In this document: in pieces, positions 26,354-36,102 of the stretch
Layout of the letters: each line of letters starts with the position of its first letter
How positions within the stretch are numbered: the first letter of the stretch is position 1
Assembly (NCBI GenBank): GCA_016938835.1
Contig: JAFGTW010000037.1
Coordinates: forward strand, 9,918 to 73,917
Direction of reading: 5' to 3'
DNA: 64,000 bases
Source of the DNA: Patescibacteria group bacterium
GTDB taxonomy: Bacteria > Patescibacteriota > Patescibacteriia > Patescibacteriales > UBA12465
Translations under genes and position numbers: made by a program
The notes under the pieces: generated by a model
Told to the model about the DNA's origin: nothing
The model's database searches: none
What the model saw: only the letters and a program-made list of their open reading frames with translations

Positions 26354-27103
26354 ATGGAAAAGAGCAAAGTCTGGCTAATTATTGGCTTAATTATGATTGT
26401 TTCGGCACTTGTTTTGCGTATTACTAGCCCTCGTGATCGTTGGGTATGTGATAATGGTCAGTGGCGCGCACAAGGTTCTCCTCGAACAGCTCAGCCTACT
26501 CGGGCTTGTGTTGATAATTTATCGATTGATACGGAACTTCAGGCTTTGTCTGATATTTTGAAAGATGAGCCATTAAGTAATAGTATGGAATTACCAGATA
26601 ATAAGCTGGTAGCGGAAGAAAGTAATTTAGCTGAGAAGTTTGTTGATAGTAACGAGCCTAAATCTATAGATAATTCTCTTCAATTAAATCAAGAAAATAT
26701 TAGTGAAATCGTTCCTGAGATAAATGTAGGTATAGAGGAATCTTTTTTAGACTCTAATCCCGAAAGTAGTTTTCAATTAATATCTCCACAGCCAGATGAG
26801 TTATTGCGTAGTCCTTATTTAATTAGTGGACGTGTTTGGGTACCATATTTTTATAAAAGTGTTTTACTTATTACTTTACAGACTGAGTCCGGGGAGCCTT
26901 TATTCAGTTATTCGCTTGATTCTTCCGTAATTCCTAGCGGCTCTAAGGGTTGGTTTAATTTTCAAGTTGAATTAACTTTTGATACTGATGCGAATGATAA
27001 GGGTTTATTATTATTTAATAAAAAAAGCATTTCTCAAAAATCTAAAATTGAATTATTATTAAGTCGCCCCGTCTATTTAGCGCCCTCACAAAAAGATGTA
27101 TGA
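26354..27103 (+). CDS. membrane-anchored protein with a C-terminal Gmad2-like immunoglobulin-like domain
   Basis: N-terminal TM anchor and an acidic linker. The C-terminal block SPYLISGRVWVPYF...WFNFQVELTFD...GLLLF resembles the GerMN/Gmad2 pattern. Confidence 0.4.
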   Translation: MEKSKVWLIIGLIMIVSALVLRITSPRDRWVCDNGQWRAQGSPRTAQPTRACVDNLSIDTELQALSDILKDEPLSNSMELPDNKLVAEESNLAEKFVDSNEPKSIDNSLQLNQENISEIVPEINVGIEESFLDSNPESSFQLISPQPDELLRSPYLISGRVWVPYFYKSVLLITLQTESGEPLFSYSLDSSVIPSGSKGWFNFQVELTFDTDANDKGLLLFNKKSISQKSKIELLLSRPVYLAPSQKDV

Positions 27104-27918
27104 AAAATATTGAATATCTACCAAATATCAAAGTCGGTGAAAAAATTAAATTAGAACCAGAAAAGCCAAAGCTTCATCCGGAAACATTATTACCGGTTTT
27201 AAAGAATTGCTTGTCTCAGCAAGCGACTAAATATAATGAATTATTTGGACTTTCTTGGTTAAATCTTGATGGTAGTGTTAATATGAGTGCTTGGCCTGAT
27301 AGCGATTTTGATTTAGGGGTTAATAAAGCGCAAGAAGCACAATGGGCTTTGGAAGCTAATAAAAATCATGAGCAGTGGCTACAAGATAGAGAATTGAATC
27401 CAGCAATGTTAACGGAGATGTCTTTAACTGTAATGATGCAGAGATTGTTGCCTGATCGTTTTATTATTGTACGTTCGGCGGCTTATGATGATTATAATTA
27501 CGGCGTTGACCAGTTGATTATTGATAAGGAAACGGGTGCGGTGGTTTGTGGTATTGATGAGGTTGTCAATAAACTTGGTTATACCGGACCTAGCATTAAG
27601 GAGAATAAGATTAAACAAAAAATGTTAAAAGGTGGCGCTAAGGTTAAATATGGAGCTTCAGTTCATCAGGATAAGTTAAGTTTGAAGTCAATGCAAAATA
27701 TCCCTGCATTTTATATCTCTTTAGAGAAAGAGGAATTACTTCTTTTAGGAGAATCAATCTCATCGGAGGAGTCAACTGAATATGAGTTTGAATTAATGAA
27801 AAAGATTACAAATTTTTTGAAAAAACAAGCAGAAACATCGCTCACTTGGAATTTAAATTATAGATTACAAGCTAATGTGCGCGCCTTCTTAGATTCTTTA
27901 GAATCATGGCCGGCTTAA
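27100..27918 (+). CDS. hypothetical protein (272 aa)
   Basis: ORF overlaps the previous stop by 4 nt. No recognisable motif. Confidence 0.45.
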   Translation: MKNIEYLPNIKVGEKIKLEPEKPKLHPETLLPVLKNCLSQQATKYNELFGLSWLNLDGSVNMSAWPDSDFDLGVNKAQEAQWALEANKNHEQWLQDRELNPAMLTEMSLTVMMQRLLPDRFIIVRSAAYDDYNYGVDQLIIDKETGAVVCGIDEVVNKLGYTGPSIKENKIKQKMLKGGAKVKYGASVHQDKLSLKSMQNIPAFYISLEKEELLLLGESISSEESTEYEFELMKKITNFLKKQAETSLTWNLNYRLQANVRAFLDSLESWPA

Positions 27919-27926
27919 TAAATTAT

Positions 27927-29327
27927 ATGGATTTATATTTATATAACAGTTTGAATTTAAAAAAAGAAAAGTTTATCCCTTTGAAAAAAGGAGCGGTTGG
28001 CCTCTATACTTGTGGGCCGACCGTTTATAATTTTGCCCATTTGGGCAATTTACGCACTTATTTATTTGAAGATTTTTTAGTCCGAACCCTTGTCTATAAT
28101 GGTTATAAATTAAAGCGAGTGATGAATATAACTGATGTCGGTCATCTCAGTGGTGATATGGATATGGGCGAGGATAAGGTGGAAGCGGAGGCAACTCGTG
28201 AGGGGCGCAGCGCTTGGGATATTACTGCTTATTATACTGATGCTTTTCAGGAAGATTTAAAATTACTTAATGTCACCCCACCTGATGTTTGGTGTCGGGC
28301 AACTGAACATATTAATGAGCAGATTGATTTAATTAAAACCTTGGAGAATAAAGGTTATACCTATATTACTAGTGATGGTGTCTATTTTGATACTTCAAAA
28401 TTTTCTGATTATAATCGTCTTAGCCATCTGGATTTAGATGAGTTGCAAGAGGGGGCAAGGGTAGAGAAGAATGAGGAAAAGAAAAATTTAACTGATTTTG
28501 CGCTTTGGAAATTTTCTCCAATTGGCAGTAAAAGGCAAATGGAGTGGAGCTCCCCTTGGGGTATTGGTTTCCCTGGTTGGCATTTGGAATGTTCAGCTAT
28601 GAGTCTGAAATATTTAGGAGAAACTTTTGATATCCATTGTGGTGGTATTGATCATGTTAATATTCACCACACCAATGAGATTGCTCAGAGTGAAGCCGCA
28701 ACAGGGAAGAAATTTGTTAATTATTGGTTACACGGTGCTTTTTTAAATATTGCTGGTGGCAAAAAGATGGCTAAAAGTGAGGATAATTTTTTAACACTTG
28801 ATAAATCTTTAGTTAAAAAAGGGCTTAATCCTTTAGCTTATCGTTTCGCTGCTTTGCAAGTTCATTATCGTAAGCCCATGGAATATAGCGAGGATAGCTT
28901 GCGTCAGGCTGAAAATGCTTTAGAGTCTTTAATAAATCAGGTGGCTGCTTTAAAAGATGAGCCTGGTCAAATTGATGAAGTTTATCAAGTAGATTTTCAA
29001 ACGGCTATTAATGATGATTTAAATATGCCTCAAGCTTTGGCGGTTTTATTTAAAATGCTTAAGTCAGATTTATCAGATAGCGATAAACTAGCTGGCGTAA
29101 TAAATTTTGATCAGGTTTTAGGATTATCTCTTCTTAGTCAGGCGGCTTCTAAAGCTGATATTGAGGAAACTGATTTGCCAGAGGAAGTTAAAATTTTATT
29201 AAATAAGCGTGAGCAGGCTAGGGTTGATAAAAATTGGGAGCTGGCTGATAGCTTGCGTGATGATATTAAGCGGGCTGGTTATAATCTTGAAGACAATAGT
29301 GATGGACAGCTAATAAAGAAAATATAG
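27927..29327 (+). CDS. cysS: cysteine--tRNA ligase
   Basis: HIGH region CGPTVYNFAHLGNLRTY and KMSKS-like KMAKSEDN. Cys-binding WHLECS block present. Start taken at ATG 27927 rather than 27906. Confidence 0.9.
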   Translation: MDLYLYNSLNLKKEKFIPLKKGAVGLYTCGPTVYNFAHLGNLRTYLFEDFLVRTLVYNGYKLKRVMNITDVGHLSGDMDMGEDKVEAEATREGRSAWDITAYYTDAFQEDLKLLNVTPPDVWCRATEHINEQIDLIKTLENKGYTYITSDGVYFDTSKFSDYNRLSHLDLDELQEGARVEKNEEKKNLTDFALWKFSPIGSKRQMEWSSPWGIGFPGWHLECSAMSLKYLGETFDIHCGGIDHVNIHHTNEIAQSEAATGKKFVNYWLHGAFLNIAGGKKMAKSEDNFLTLDKSLVKKGLNPLAYRFAALQVHYRKPMEYSEDSLRQAENALESLINQVAALKDEPGQIDEVYQVDFQTAINDDLNMPQALAVLFKMLKSDLSDSDKLAGVINFDQVLGLSLLSQAASKADIEETDLPEEVKILLNKREQARVDKNWELADSLRDDIKRAGYNLEDNSDGQLIKKI

Positions 29328-29328
29328 A

Positions 29329-30303
29329 ATGAATAATAATTTTTGGGAGAAATTAAAAGATGAAGGGAGGCCAATCTTGGCTTTAGCTCCGATGGCTGGT
29401 TTTACCGATATTGCTTTTCGGCAAATTTGTGCCGATTTTGGGGCTGATGTTACTTATAGTGAAATGGCTTCATCTACGGCTCTTTTTTATAATCAAAAAA
29501 AATTAAAGAACAACGAAACTCTAAAGCTTTTGCAATGGGATAAAAAAAGAGAGGGAAAATACGTAGTTCAGCTCTTTGGCGCTACGCCGGAACATTTTGC
29601 GGTTGCTGCCAAAATTGTTAGTCGTGAAATTAAACCTCATGGTCTCGATATTAATTTTGGCTGTCCAGTGGGAAAAGTAATTAAGCAGGGAGCAGGGGCA
29701 GAATTAATGAGAAATCCAAAACAGGCCAGAGAGGTAATCAAAGCAGTTTTATCTGCTAGTTCTTTACCCCTAGCAATAAAGATTAGGGCGAAATCAGGAG
29801 ATGTAACAGCAGTAGAGTTTATGAAGAACTTAAGCGACTTGCCTATTGCTGCTTTAATGATTCATGGCCGTAGTCTTGCCGAAGGTTTTAATGGCATACC
29901 AGATTTTAGTTTAGTTAAAAAGATTAGACCTTTTTTTAAAGGGGTTATTTTAATGAATGGGGGAATTGTTGATTTAGTCTCAGCTGAAAGTTCTTTAGAT
30001 TTAAGTGGTGCTGATGGTCTTGCCTTGGCTCGAGGTGCTTTAGCACGACCTTGGTTATTTCAGGAAATTAAAGAGAAGAAAATAATAGAATATAGCCAGG
30101 GTCAAATTAGTAATCTGCTATATCGTCATGCCGCCTTATTAGTAAAGTTAAAAGGAGAGTCAGCGTTAGTTGAGTGGCGCAAGCAGGCCTGTTGGTATGT
30201 GCAGGGTCTTCCTGGTGCCAGCAAGTTACGCAGTCTCTTAGTTCGGGTTTCAACCTTAGAAGAATTGAAAAATATTTTAAAAAATTATGATCTTAACGAT
30301 TGA
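29329..30303 (+). CDS. dus: tRNA-dihydrouridine synthase
   Basis: TIM-barrel Dus motifs (LAPMAGFTDIAFR; catalytic-Cys region NFGCP). Confidence 0.85.
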   Translation: MNNNFWEKLKDEGRPILALAPMAGFTDIAFRQICADFGADVTYSEMASSTALFYNQKKLKNNETLKLLQWDKKREGKYVVQLFGATPEHFAVAAKIVSREIKPHGLDINFGCPVGKVIKQGAGAELMRNPKQAREVIKAVLSASSLPLAIKIRAKSGDVTAVEFMKNLSDLPIAALMIHGRSLAEGFNGIPDFSLVKKIRPFFKGVILMNGGIVDLVSAESSLDLSGADGLALARGALARPWLFQEIKEKKIIEYSQGQISNLLYRHAALLVKLKGESALVEWRKQACWYVQGLPGASKLRSLLVRVSTLEELKNILKNYDLND

Positions 30304-30661
30304 TACAACTATTGAACCGGATATTTTGGTTTCTTTAAGTGATGGCACTAAAAATTATACGAAAAGAGTAGCTGCTCCGCGTCAACAAGCGGAAAAACTT
30401 TTACCGACTATTACCCAGATTTTAAAGAGTAAAAAAGTTAGTTGGAAAAAAATTAAAGAAATAAGAGTTCAAAATCAGGGTGGTAATTTTACTTCTTTGC
30501 GCATTGGTGTATTAACGGCCAATGCTTTGGCTTATGCTCTTGGAATTAAAGTTGAATCTTTAGAGGGCGAAGAATTTTTTGATTTTAAAGGAGGGCGCGC
30601 AGTAAAGCCAGAGTATAAAGGGGATCCAAATATTGGCAAAAAAAAGGGTCCAGCCTGTTGA
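30287..30661 (+). CDS. tsaB: TsaB/YeaZ-like protein, N-terminal half only (124 aa)
   Basis: ILTIDTT start and the GGNFTSLRIGVLTANALAYALGI block match the TsaB motif GPGSFTGLRIG...A..LA.AL.IP. It is about half the usual length. Overlaps the dus stop. Confidence 0.5.
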   Translation: MILTIDTTIEPDILVSLSDGTKNYTKRVAAPRQQAEKLLPTITQILKSKKVSWKKIKEIRVQNQGGNFTSLRIGVLTANALAYALGIKVESLEGEEFFDFKGGRAVKPEYKGDPNIGKKKGPAC

Positions 30662-30685
30662 TAACTTTTTAGCTATTATTTATAA

Positions 30686-30722
30686 AGACAAGACGACTTG
30701 TGGAAAAAGTTGTCTTTTTTTA
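30686..30722 (+). terminator. intrinsic terminator after the tsaB-like gene
   Basis: Nested hairpins (acaag-acga-cttgt, and agacaa...ttgtct) followed by tttttt. Confidence 0.5.
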
Positions 30723-30754
30723 ATTTTCCCCTTATTTTTATGGGTTTTATATAG

Positions 30755-30783
30755 TTGACCGTAGGGGCCAGGTGGTGTATAAT
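30755..30783 (+). promoter_or_regulatory. sigma70-type promoter of the mraZ (dcw) operon
   Basis: TTGACC (30755-30760), 17 nt spacer, then TATAAT (30778-30783). Confidence 0.55.
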
Positions 30784-30794
30784 TAAATCATTAA

Positions 30795-30820
30795 GGTGAA
30801 AAGTGGGGAATGATGGTGAA
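30795..30820 (+). promoter_or_regulatory. putative MraZ operator: three direct repeats with 10-bp periodicity
   Basis: GGTGAA (30795), GGGGAA (30805) and GGTGAA (30815) lie immediately downstream of the -10. Known MraZ operators are GTGGG-type direct repeats at one-helical-turn spacing near the Pmra promoter. Confidence 0.4.
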
Positions 30821-30856
30821 TTAACTTGTTGACACTTTATCCCCCGACAAAGCTCT

Positions 30857-31288
30857 ATGTTCATCGGTGAATACAATCACAACTTAGATGATAAGGGGCG
30901 TTTAGCCATTCCGGCTAAATTTCGACTTATTTTAAAAAAGGGTGCGGTGGTTACCAAGGGTTTGGATAACTGCTTATTTTTGTATTCAAAAGAACAATTT
31001 GAAAAAATTGCCAAAAAGTTTGCCGCCTTGCCAATTAGTCAGGCAAAAGCACGTGCTTTTTCTCGTCACATGTTGGCCGGCGCGATGGATGTTGACTTTG
31101 ATAATCAGGGAAGAGTAACTTTGCCTGAATATTTACGGAAATTTTCAGGTTTAAAAAAGGGTGTTATTATCGCTGGTCTTTATAATCATTTAGAAATTTG
31201 GGATGAGGCCGCCTGGAATAAATATAAGCAGACAGCTGAAGAAAATAGCAACAGCATTGCTGAAGAATTAGGTGATTTAGGAATTTAG
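30857..31288 (+). CDS. mraZ: transcriptional regulator MraZ
   Basis: Duplicated MraZ/SpoVT-AbrB-like halves, each with a DxxGR motif (LDDKGRLAIPAKFR; FDNQGRVTLPEYLR). Confidence 0.9.
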   Translation: MFIGEYNHNLDDKGRLAIPAKFRLILKKGAVVTKGLDNCLFLYSKEQFEKIAKKFAALPISQAKARAFSRHMLAGAMDVDFDNQGRVTLPEYLRKFSGLKKGVIIAGLYNHLEIWDEAAWNKYKQTAEENSNSIAEELGDLGI

Positions 31289-31289
31289 T

Positions 31290-32231
31290 ATGGCGTATAA
31301 GCATATACCAGTTCTACTAGAAGAAGTTCTAAGTGTCTTAAATCCACTACCCGGTCAAACTTATATTGATTGTACTCTTGGCGGAACTTCATATACGAGA
31401 GCTATTGCTAAGCTTGTTGGTAAAAAGGGTAGAGTAATCAGTATTGATGCTGATGAAATGGCTATAAAAAATGCCGAGGGCATTCTTAAAAATGATAATT
31501 TTCAAAACGTAAGTTTGGTTCACGACAATTTTAGAAATTTAGAGGCTATCGCCAAAGAGTATACACCAGAAGGAGTAGATGGAATCGTGTTTGATCTCGG
31601 TCTATCTTCAGCTCAGCTAGACGATGAGTTAAGAGGTTTTTCCTTTCAAGGCGATAGGCCATTGGATATGGCCTTTGGTGTCGGTGAGTCTGTTAGTACG
31701 ATTAATCTTATAAATTCCTCTTCCTTATCGGAGTTAACTAGAATTTTTAGAGAATTAGGAGAAGAGCCTCAAGCTTATCGCTTGGCTAAGGAAATTATTA
31801 CCGCTCGTAAACATAAAAAAATAGAAAGCACCAAAGAACTAGTAGATATTATTTTAAAAATTACACCCGCTCGATTCTTGAAATCAAGAATTCACCCAGC
31901 TACTCGTGTCTTTCAAGCTTTACGCTTAGCTACTAATGATGAATTTGGAAGTTTAAAGGAAGCTTTGTTGGCTACTGCTGACATCTTAAAAATCGGTGGT
32001 CGCTTGGCAGTAGTTTCATTTCATAGTGGTGAGGACCGAATTGTTAAACAATGGCTGAAGCAAGAGAGTAGTGATTGTCTTTGTCCACCGCAAGCCCCTG
32101 TTTGTATCTGTAATCATCAAGCTCGTTTTAAGGTGATAGCCAAAAAACCACTAATGGCTTCTAATGAAGAATTAAAGACTAACCCTCGTGCGCGTAGTGC
32201 TAAACTAAGAGTGGCAGAAAAAATTAGTTAA
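31290..32231 (+). CDS. rsmH: 16S rRNA (cytosine1402-N4)-methyltransferase RsmH (MraW)
   Basis: SAM-binding blocks HIPVLL, DCTLGGTSYT and FDLGLSS. Confidence 0.9.
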   Translation: MAYKHIPVLLEEVLSVLNPLPGQTYIDCTLGGTSYTRAIAKLVGKKGRVISIDADEMAIKNAEGILKNDNFQNVSLVHDNFRNLEAIAKEYTPEGVDGIVFDLGLSSAQLDDELRGFSFQGDRPLDMAFGVGESVSTINLINSSSLSELTRIFRELGEEPQAYRLAKEIITARKHKKIESTKELVDIILKITPARFLKSRIHPATRVFQALRLATNDEFGSLKEALLATADILKIGGRLAVVSFHSGEDRIVKQWLKQESSDCLCPPQAPVCICNHQARFKVIAKKPLMASNEELKTNPRARSAKLRVAEKIS

Positions 32232-32282
32232 TTTTCAAACTATATATTTACGACCTTTAAGGGGTCGGCTAACATTCTTGAT

Positions 32283-32618
32283 ATGATGACTAACCACAAT
32301 AAAAAAATAAACAAAAAACGCCAGCTAAAGCAGTCTTCTTACTGGCGGACAATTAATGCCTTTCTTAGTATTTCTTGCCTTGTTTTCGGAATAGTTTATC
32401 TTATTGGGATGAATGATCTAACGGTTAAGGGTTTTGTGCTTAACGATTTAAAGGGTCAGCTAAGCATGTTATCTGAGGAAAATCAGGATTTACAAACTCG
32501 CTCTTTAACTTTGCAATCATATACTGCTCTTTCTCCTCGTTTACAGGATTTAAATATGGTAGCGGTAGACGATGTTGCTTATTTATCTCCACAAGCATCT
32601 ACACTGGCTAAAAAATAA
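32283..32618 (+). CDS. ftsL: FtsL-like cell-division protein
   Basis: Small bitopic protein with one TM helix and a coiled coil, in the canonical position between rsmH and ftsI. Confidence 0.5.
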   Translation: MMTNHNKKINKKRQLKQSSYWRTINAFLSISCLVFGIVYLIGMNDLTVKGFVLNDLKGQLSMLSEENQDLQTRSLTLQSYTALSPRLQDLNMVAVDDVAYLSPQASTLAKK

Positions 32619-32631
32619 AATTGCTTAGCTT

Positions 32632-34707
32632 ATGTGGAGAGAAAATCGTCCAAAAAATAAAGAAAAAAATAATATTATTTCGCGTTTGCGCCTCTTTGCG
32701 GCGCTTATTTTTTTATTACTCTTAGCCCTGATTTATCGTTTATATTATTTACAATTAAATCAAGGCGACTGGTATGAATCTTTAGCCACAGGTCAACATC
32801 AGGTATCCACCCTACTTCAAGCCGATAGAGGTAAAATAATGCTACACGAAAAATTAAATGATCAAGAGCGCTTATATCCTTTAGCGACAAATAAGGATTT
32901 TGCTTTTATATATACAGTGCCTAAAGATATTAATGATCCACAAATGATGGCAGAAAAATTATTTGATTTTTTTGATAGAGCCGCTTTAGCGGAGGGTATT
33001 AATGAGGAATTAGATAAGCAGGAAGATAATACTTTACAGTATGAGATTGATACTATTCAAGCTTCAGAAGTGAGTGATGAAGATAAGGTGTCCAGGATTA
33101 AAGCCGCTCAAGCTTTAGCGGTTTCTAAAAAACTTGATCCAGATTTTTTAGAATTAAGAGAAATTACTATTGACAGACTGATTAAAGAGCGCAAAGAAGA
33201 GGGCATAACAAATTATCTAAAAAAAGTTGATAAACCAGGTGACCCTTATGAACCCTTAAAAGCAAAGGTTGATGACAATGAATTGACTTCATTTTATGCT
33301 TATTTTGCCAGTACCAATGAAAGAATGATTAACCCGGCTGACCTAGAAAGACGCTTAGATCAGATTGTTTTTAAGGATAGCGGCAAGATTGTGAAAATTG
33401 ATGGCATTGGTTTTAATTTAGAAACTTATCGTTATTATCCTGAAAACAATACAGCCGCTAATATTGTGGGTTTTGTTAGTAATATAGATAACAAAGAAAG
33501 CGGTCGTTATGGCTTAGAGGAATTTTTTAATGATGAATTATCAGGAATAAATGGTTCTCTTAAGGGTGAACGTGGTCTGAGCAATACCATTATTGTTAAT
33601 GATCGTGAGTATATTAAACCACAGGCGGGTAGTGATTTGATCCTAACAATTGATCGTAGCGCTCAATTTAAGGCTTGTGCTTCTTTAGAGGAGTCAGTGA
33701 AGGCTCATCATGCTAAGGGCGGAAGCGTAATTGCTGTTAATGCTAAAACAGGAGCAATTATTGCGATGTGCTCCGTGCCCAGTTTTGATCCTAATAATTA
33801 TAAAGATGTAGACGATATTAAAGTCTATAATAATCCAGTTATTTTATATCAATATGAACCCGGCTCTGTTTTTAAAGTGATTACAATGGCAGCGGCTATT
33901 GATCAGGGGAAGGTTTCTCCTAGTACAACTTACAAAGATGAGGGTCAAATTATGATTCATGGTTGGCCTAAGCCAATTAGCAATTCTGATTATAGTACTT
34001 TTGGACCGCATGGTGTGGTTGATATGAATTCAGTTTTGGAGAATTCACTAAACACTGGAGCAATTTTTGCTATGCTGCAAATAGGACCAGAAACTTTTGC
34101 TAATTATGTTAAGGATTTTGGTTTTGGTGAAGGAACGGGAATTGAACTTGGATCAGAAAGTCCAGGTAATATTAATAATTTATTGAGTAATAAAATTAAA
34201 GAGATTGATGCTGCGACTGCTTCATTTGGACAGGGAATTGCTGTTACTCCTTTACAGATGCTTATGTCCTACCAAGCTTTAGCCAATAAGGGCACTTTAA
34301 TGAAGCCATATATTGTCCAGGAAATAAGACATCAAGATGGCAAAATTGATGAATCAAAGCCACAAGCTTTACGACAAGTAGTATCCACACAAACAGCTAA
34401 TACGATTTTAGCAATGTTAGTTAATGTAGTCGAAAGTGGTCATGCTAAAGGTGCACAAATACCTGGATATTATGTTGGAGGTAAGACGGGTACGGCTCAG
34501 GTAGCAAATGTTGGTGGTTATAGTAATGAGGATTATATTCATACATTTATCGGCATCGCGCCTATTGACGATCCACAAATAGTTATGTTAACTAAGATTG
34601 ACTCTCCTCGTGATGATCGTTTTGCTGAGAGTACAGCTGTGCCCCTCTGGCACGATATTGCTGATTTTCTTCTTAAGTATTATCAGATTCCAAAAACAAG
34701 GAAATAA
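32632..34707 (+). CDS. ftsI: peptidoglycan D,D-transpeptidase (penicillin-binding protein FtsI/PBP2-like)
   Basis: N-terminal TM helix, dimerisation domain, and transpeptidase motifs SVFK (EPGSVFKVIT), SNS and KTGTA. Confidence 0.85.
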   Translation: MWRENRPKNKEKNNIISRLRLFAALIFLLLLALIYRLYYLQLNQGDWYESLATGQHQVSTLLQADRGKIMLHEKLNDQERLYPLATNKDFAFIYTVPKDINDPQMMAEKLFDFFDRAALAEGINEELDKQEDNTLQYEIDTIQASEVSDEDKVSRIKAAQALAVSKKLDPDFLELREITIDRLIKERKEEGITNYLKKVDKPGDPYEPLKAKVDDNELTSFYAYFASTNERMINPADLERRLDQIVFKDSGKIVKIDGIGFNLETYRYYPENNTAANIVGFVSNIDNKESGRYGLEEFFNDELSGINGSLKGERGLSNTIIVNDREYIKPQAGSDLILTIDRSAQFKACASLEESVKAHHAKGGSVIAVNAKTGAIIAMCSVPSFDPNNYKDVDDIKVYNNPVILYQYEPGSVFKVITMAAAIDQGKVSPSTTYKDEGQIMIHGWPKPISNSDYSTFGPHGVVDMNSVLENSLNTGAIFAMLQIGPETFANYVKDFGFGEGTGIELGSESPGNINNLLSNKIKEIDAATASFGQGIAVTPLQMLMSYQALANKGTLMKPYIVQEIRHQDGKIDESKPQALRQVVSTQTANTILAMLVNVVESGHAKGAQIPGYYVGGKTGTAQVANVGGYSNEDYIHTFIGIAPIDDPQIVMLTKIDSPRDDRFAESTAVPLWHDIADFLLKYYQIPKTRK

Positions 34708-34723
34708 AGTGTTTTAAATATAT

Positions 34724-36007
34724 ATGAAAAAGTTTCTACATCTACAATTAAAATTTTTTACTTCTCTAATTTTGCGTAAGTATCATCCAGAAATTATTGC
34801 TGTTAGCGGCTCTATTGGTAAAACTAGTACCAAGGAAATGATTTATTCCATTTTGTCTTCACGATTTTCAACTAGAACTAGTATTAAAAATTATAATAAT
34901 GAAATTGGTGTACCGTTAACTATTATTGGAGTAGAGTCACCAGGCTCATCTGTACTGGGGTGGGTAAAAGTATTTGTCAGGGCCCTGAATCTTTATTTAT
35001 ATAGAGATAAGAATTATCCCAAATACTTAGTTTTAGAGATGGGTATTGATAGACCGGGAGATATGGATTATTTAACGAGGCTAGCGCCACCGTTTATTGC
35101 TGTTATGACAGGGGTTAGTCATTCGCATTTGGAATATTTTGGTTCATTAAATAATATTAAAAAGGAGAAGCAGGTATTAATCGAGCGTGTTGATCGTCGT
35201 GGTTTGAGTGTCTTAAATTATGATAATAAGGAGTCATTAGCTATGGCTGAACTTAGTCCAGCTAGAGTTTTGACTTATGGTTTAAAATCTGGAGCAGATT
35301 TATTAGCACAAGATGTACATTTTAATGCTTCTGATGGTAATTATGATATTGCTGGAGCTAGTTTTAAGCTTAATCATGAGGGAAATATTGTACCAGTGAT
35401 TATGCCTAATATTCTTAGTGAGGGAGGAATTTATGCGGCCCTAGCTGCCACTTCTGTTGCCTTGCATCTCGGTTTAAATTTAATGGAGATTGCCGCTGCA
35501 TTAAGATTTTGCCGTTTACCTTCCGGACGTATGCAGTTATTATCAGGAATTAAGCATACTTTTATTATTGATGACACTTATAATTCTTCACCAGAATCTA
35601 GTATTGCTGCCTTAAAAGTATTAGGTAATATTAAAATCGATATAAATTCTAGTCGTTATGCTATTTTAGGTGACATGCTAGAAATTGGAGCCTATAGTGA
35701 AGATGGCCACAAGTTGGTAGGTAAAGAAGTTTTTGAGAATCATATTGATTATTTAATTAGTGTTGGTGAACGCTCACGTGATATTGATCGAGGAGCTCAA
35801 GCTGCTGGCATGAGTGCTGATTTTATTTTTCATTTTGATAAAACGGAAGCAGCCGGTTTATTTATTCAGGATAGACTGCGTGAAGGTGACGTGGTGTTAA
35901 TAAAAGGCTCTCAGGGGATAAGAATGGAAAAAATTGTTAAGGAAATAATGGAAGAACCGGGGCGAGCAGATGAATTGTTGGTTCGCCAAGGTTCAAGTTG
36001 GGAGTAA
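34724..36007 (+). CDS. murF: Mur ligase, MurF-like (UDP-MurNAc-tripeptide--D-Ala-D-Ala ligase), lacking the usual N-terminal domain
   Basis: P-loop AVSGSIGKTSTKEMI resembles MurF GSSGKTSVKEM but sits at about residue 28. Central and C-terminal Mur ligase domains are present. Position after ftsI. Confidence 0.7.
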   Translation: MKKFLHLQLKFFTSLILRKYHPEIIAVSGSIGKTSTKEMIYSILSSRFSTRTSIKNYNNEIGVPLTIIGVESPGSSVLGWVKVFVRALNLYLYRDKNYPKYLVLEMGIDRPGDMDYLTRLAPPFIAVMTGVSHSHLEYFGSLNNIKKEKQVLIERVDRRGLSVLNYDNKESLAMAELSPARVLTYGLKSGADLLAQDVHFNASDGNYDIAGASFKLNHEGNIVPVIMPNILSEGGIYAALAATSVALHLGLNLMEIAAALRFCRLPSGRMQLLSGIKHTFIIDDTYNSSPESSIAALKVLGNIKIDINSSRYAILGDMLEIGAYSEDGHKLVGKEVFENHIDYLISVGERSRDIDRGAQAAGMSADFIFHFDKTEAAGLFIQDRLREGDVVLIKGSQGIRMEKIVKEIMEEPGRADELLVRQGSSWE

Positions 36008-36102
36008 TTGAATGGATTAATATGTATTTTGTGGGCTGATTATATTTTTAAAATATAGTTAGCCTTTTTTGATTTTTTAAGAATTTAAGCTATACTCAAA
36101 TT

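Noticed and set aside
25600-27918. Integrated mobile element at the tRNA-Leu 3' flank
   Set aside because: No integrase, recombinase or transposase ORF is present. No direct repeat of the tRNA 3' end was spotted by eye downstream. It is kept as a variable islet finding only, not annotated as a mobile element.
30676-30876. 66-aa minus-strand ORF
   Set aside because: It spans the tsaB terminator and the mraZ promoter/operator and overlaps the mraZ start. The competing regulatory elements are far better supported.
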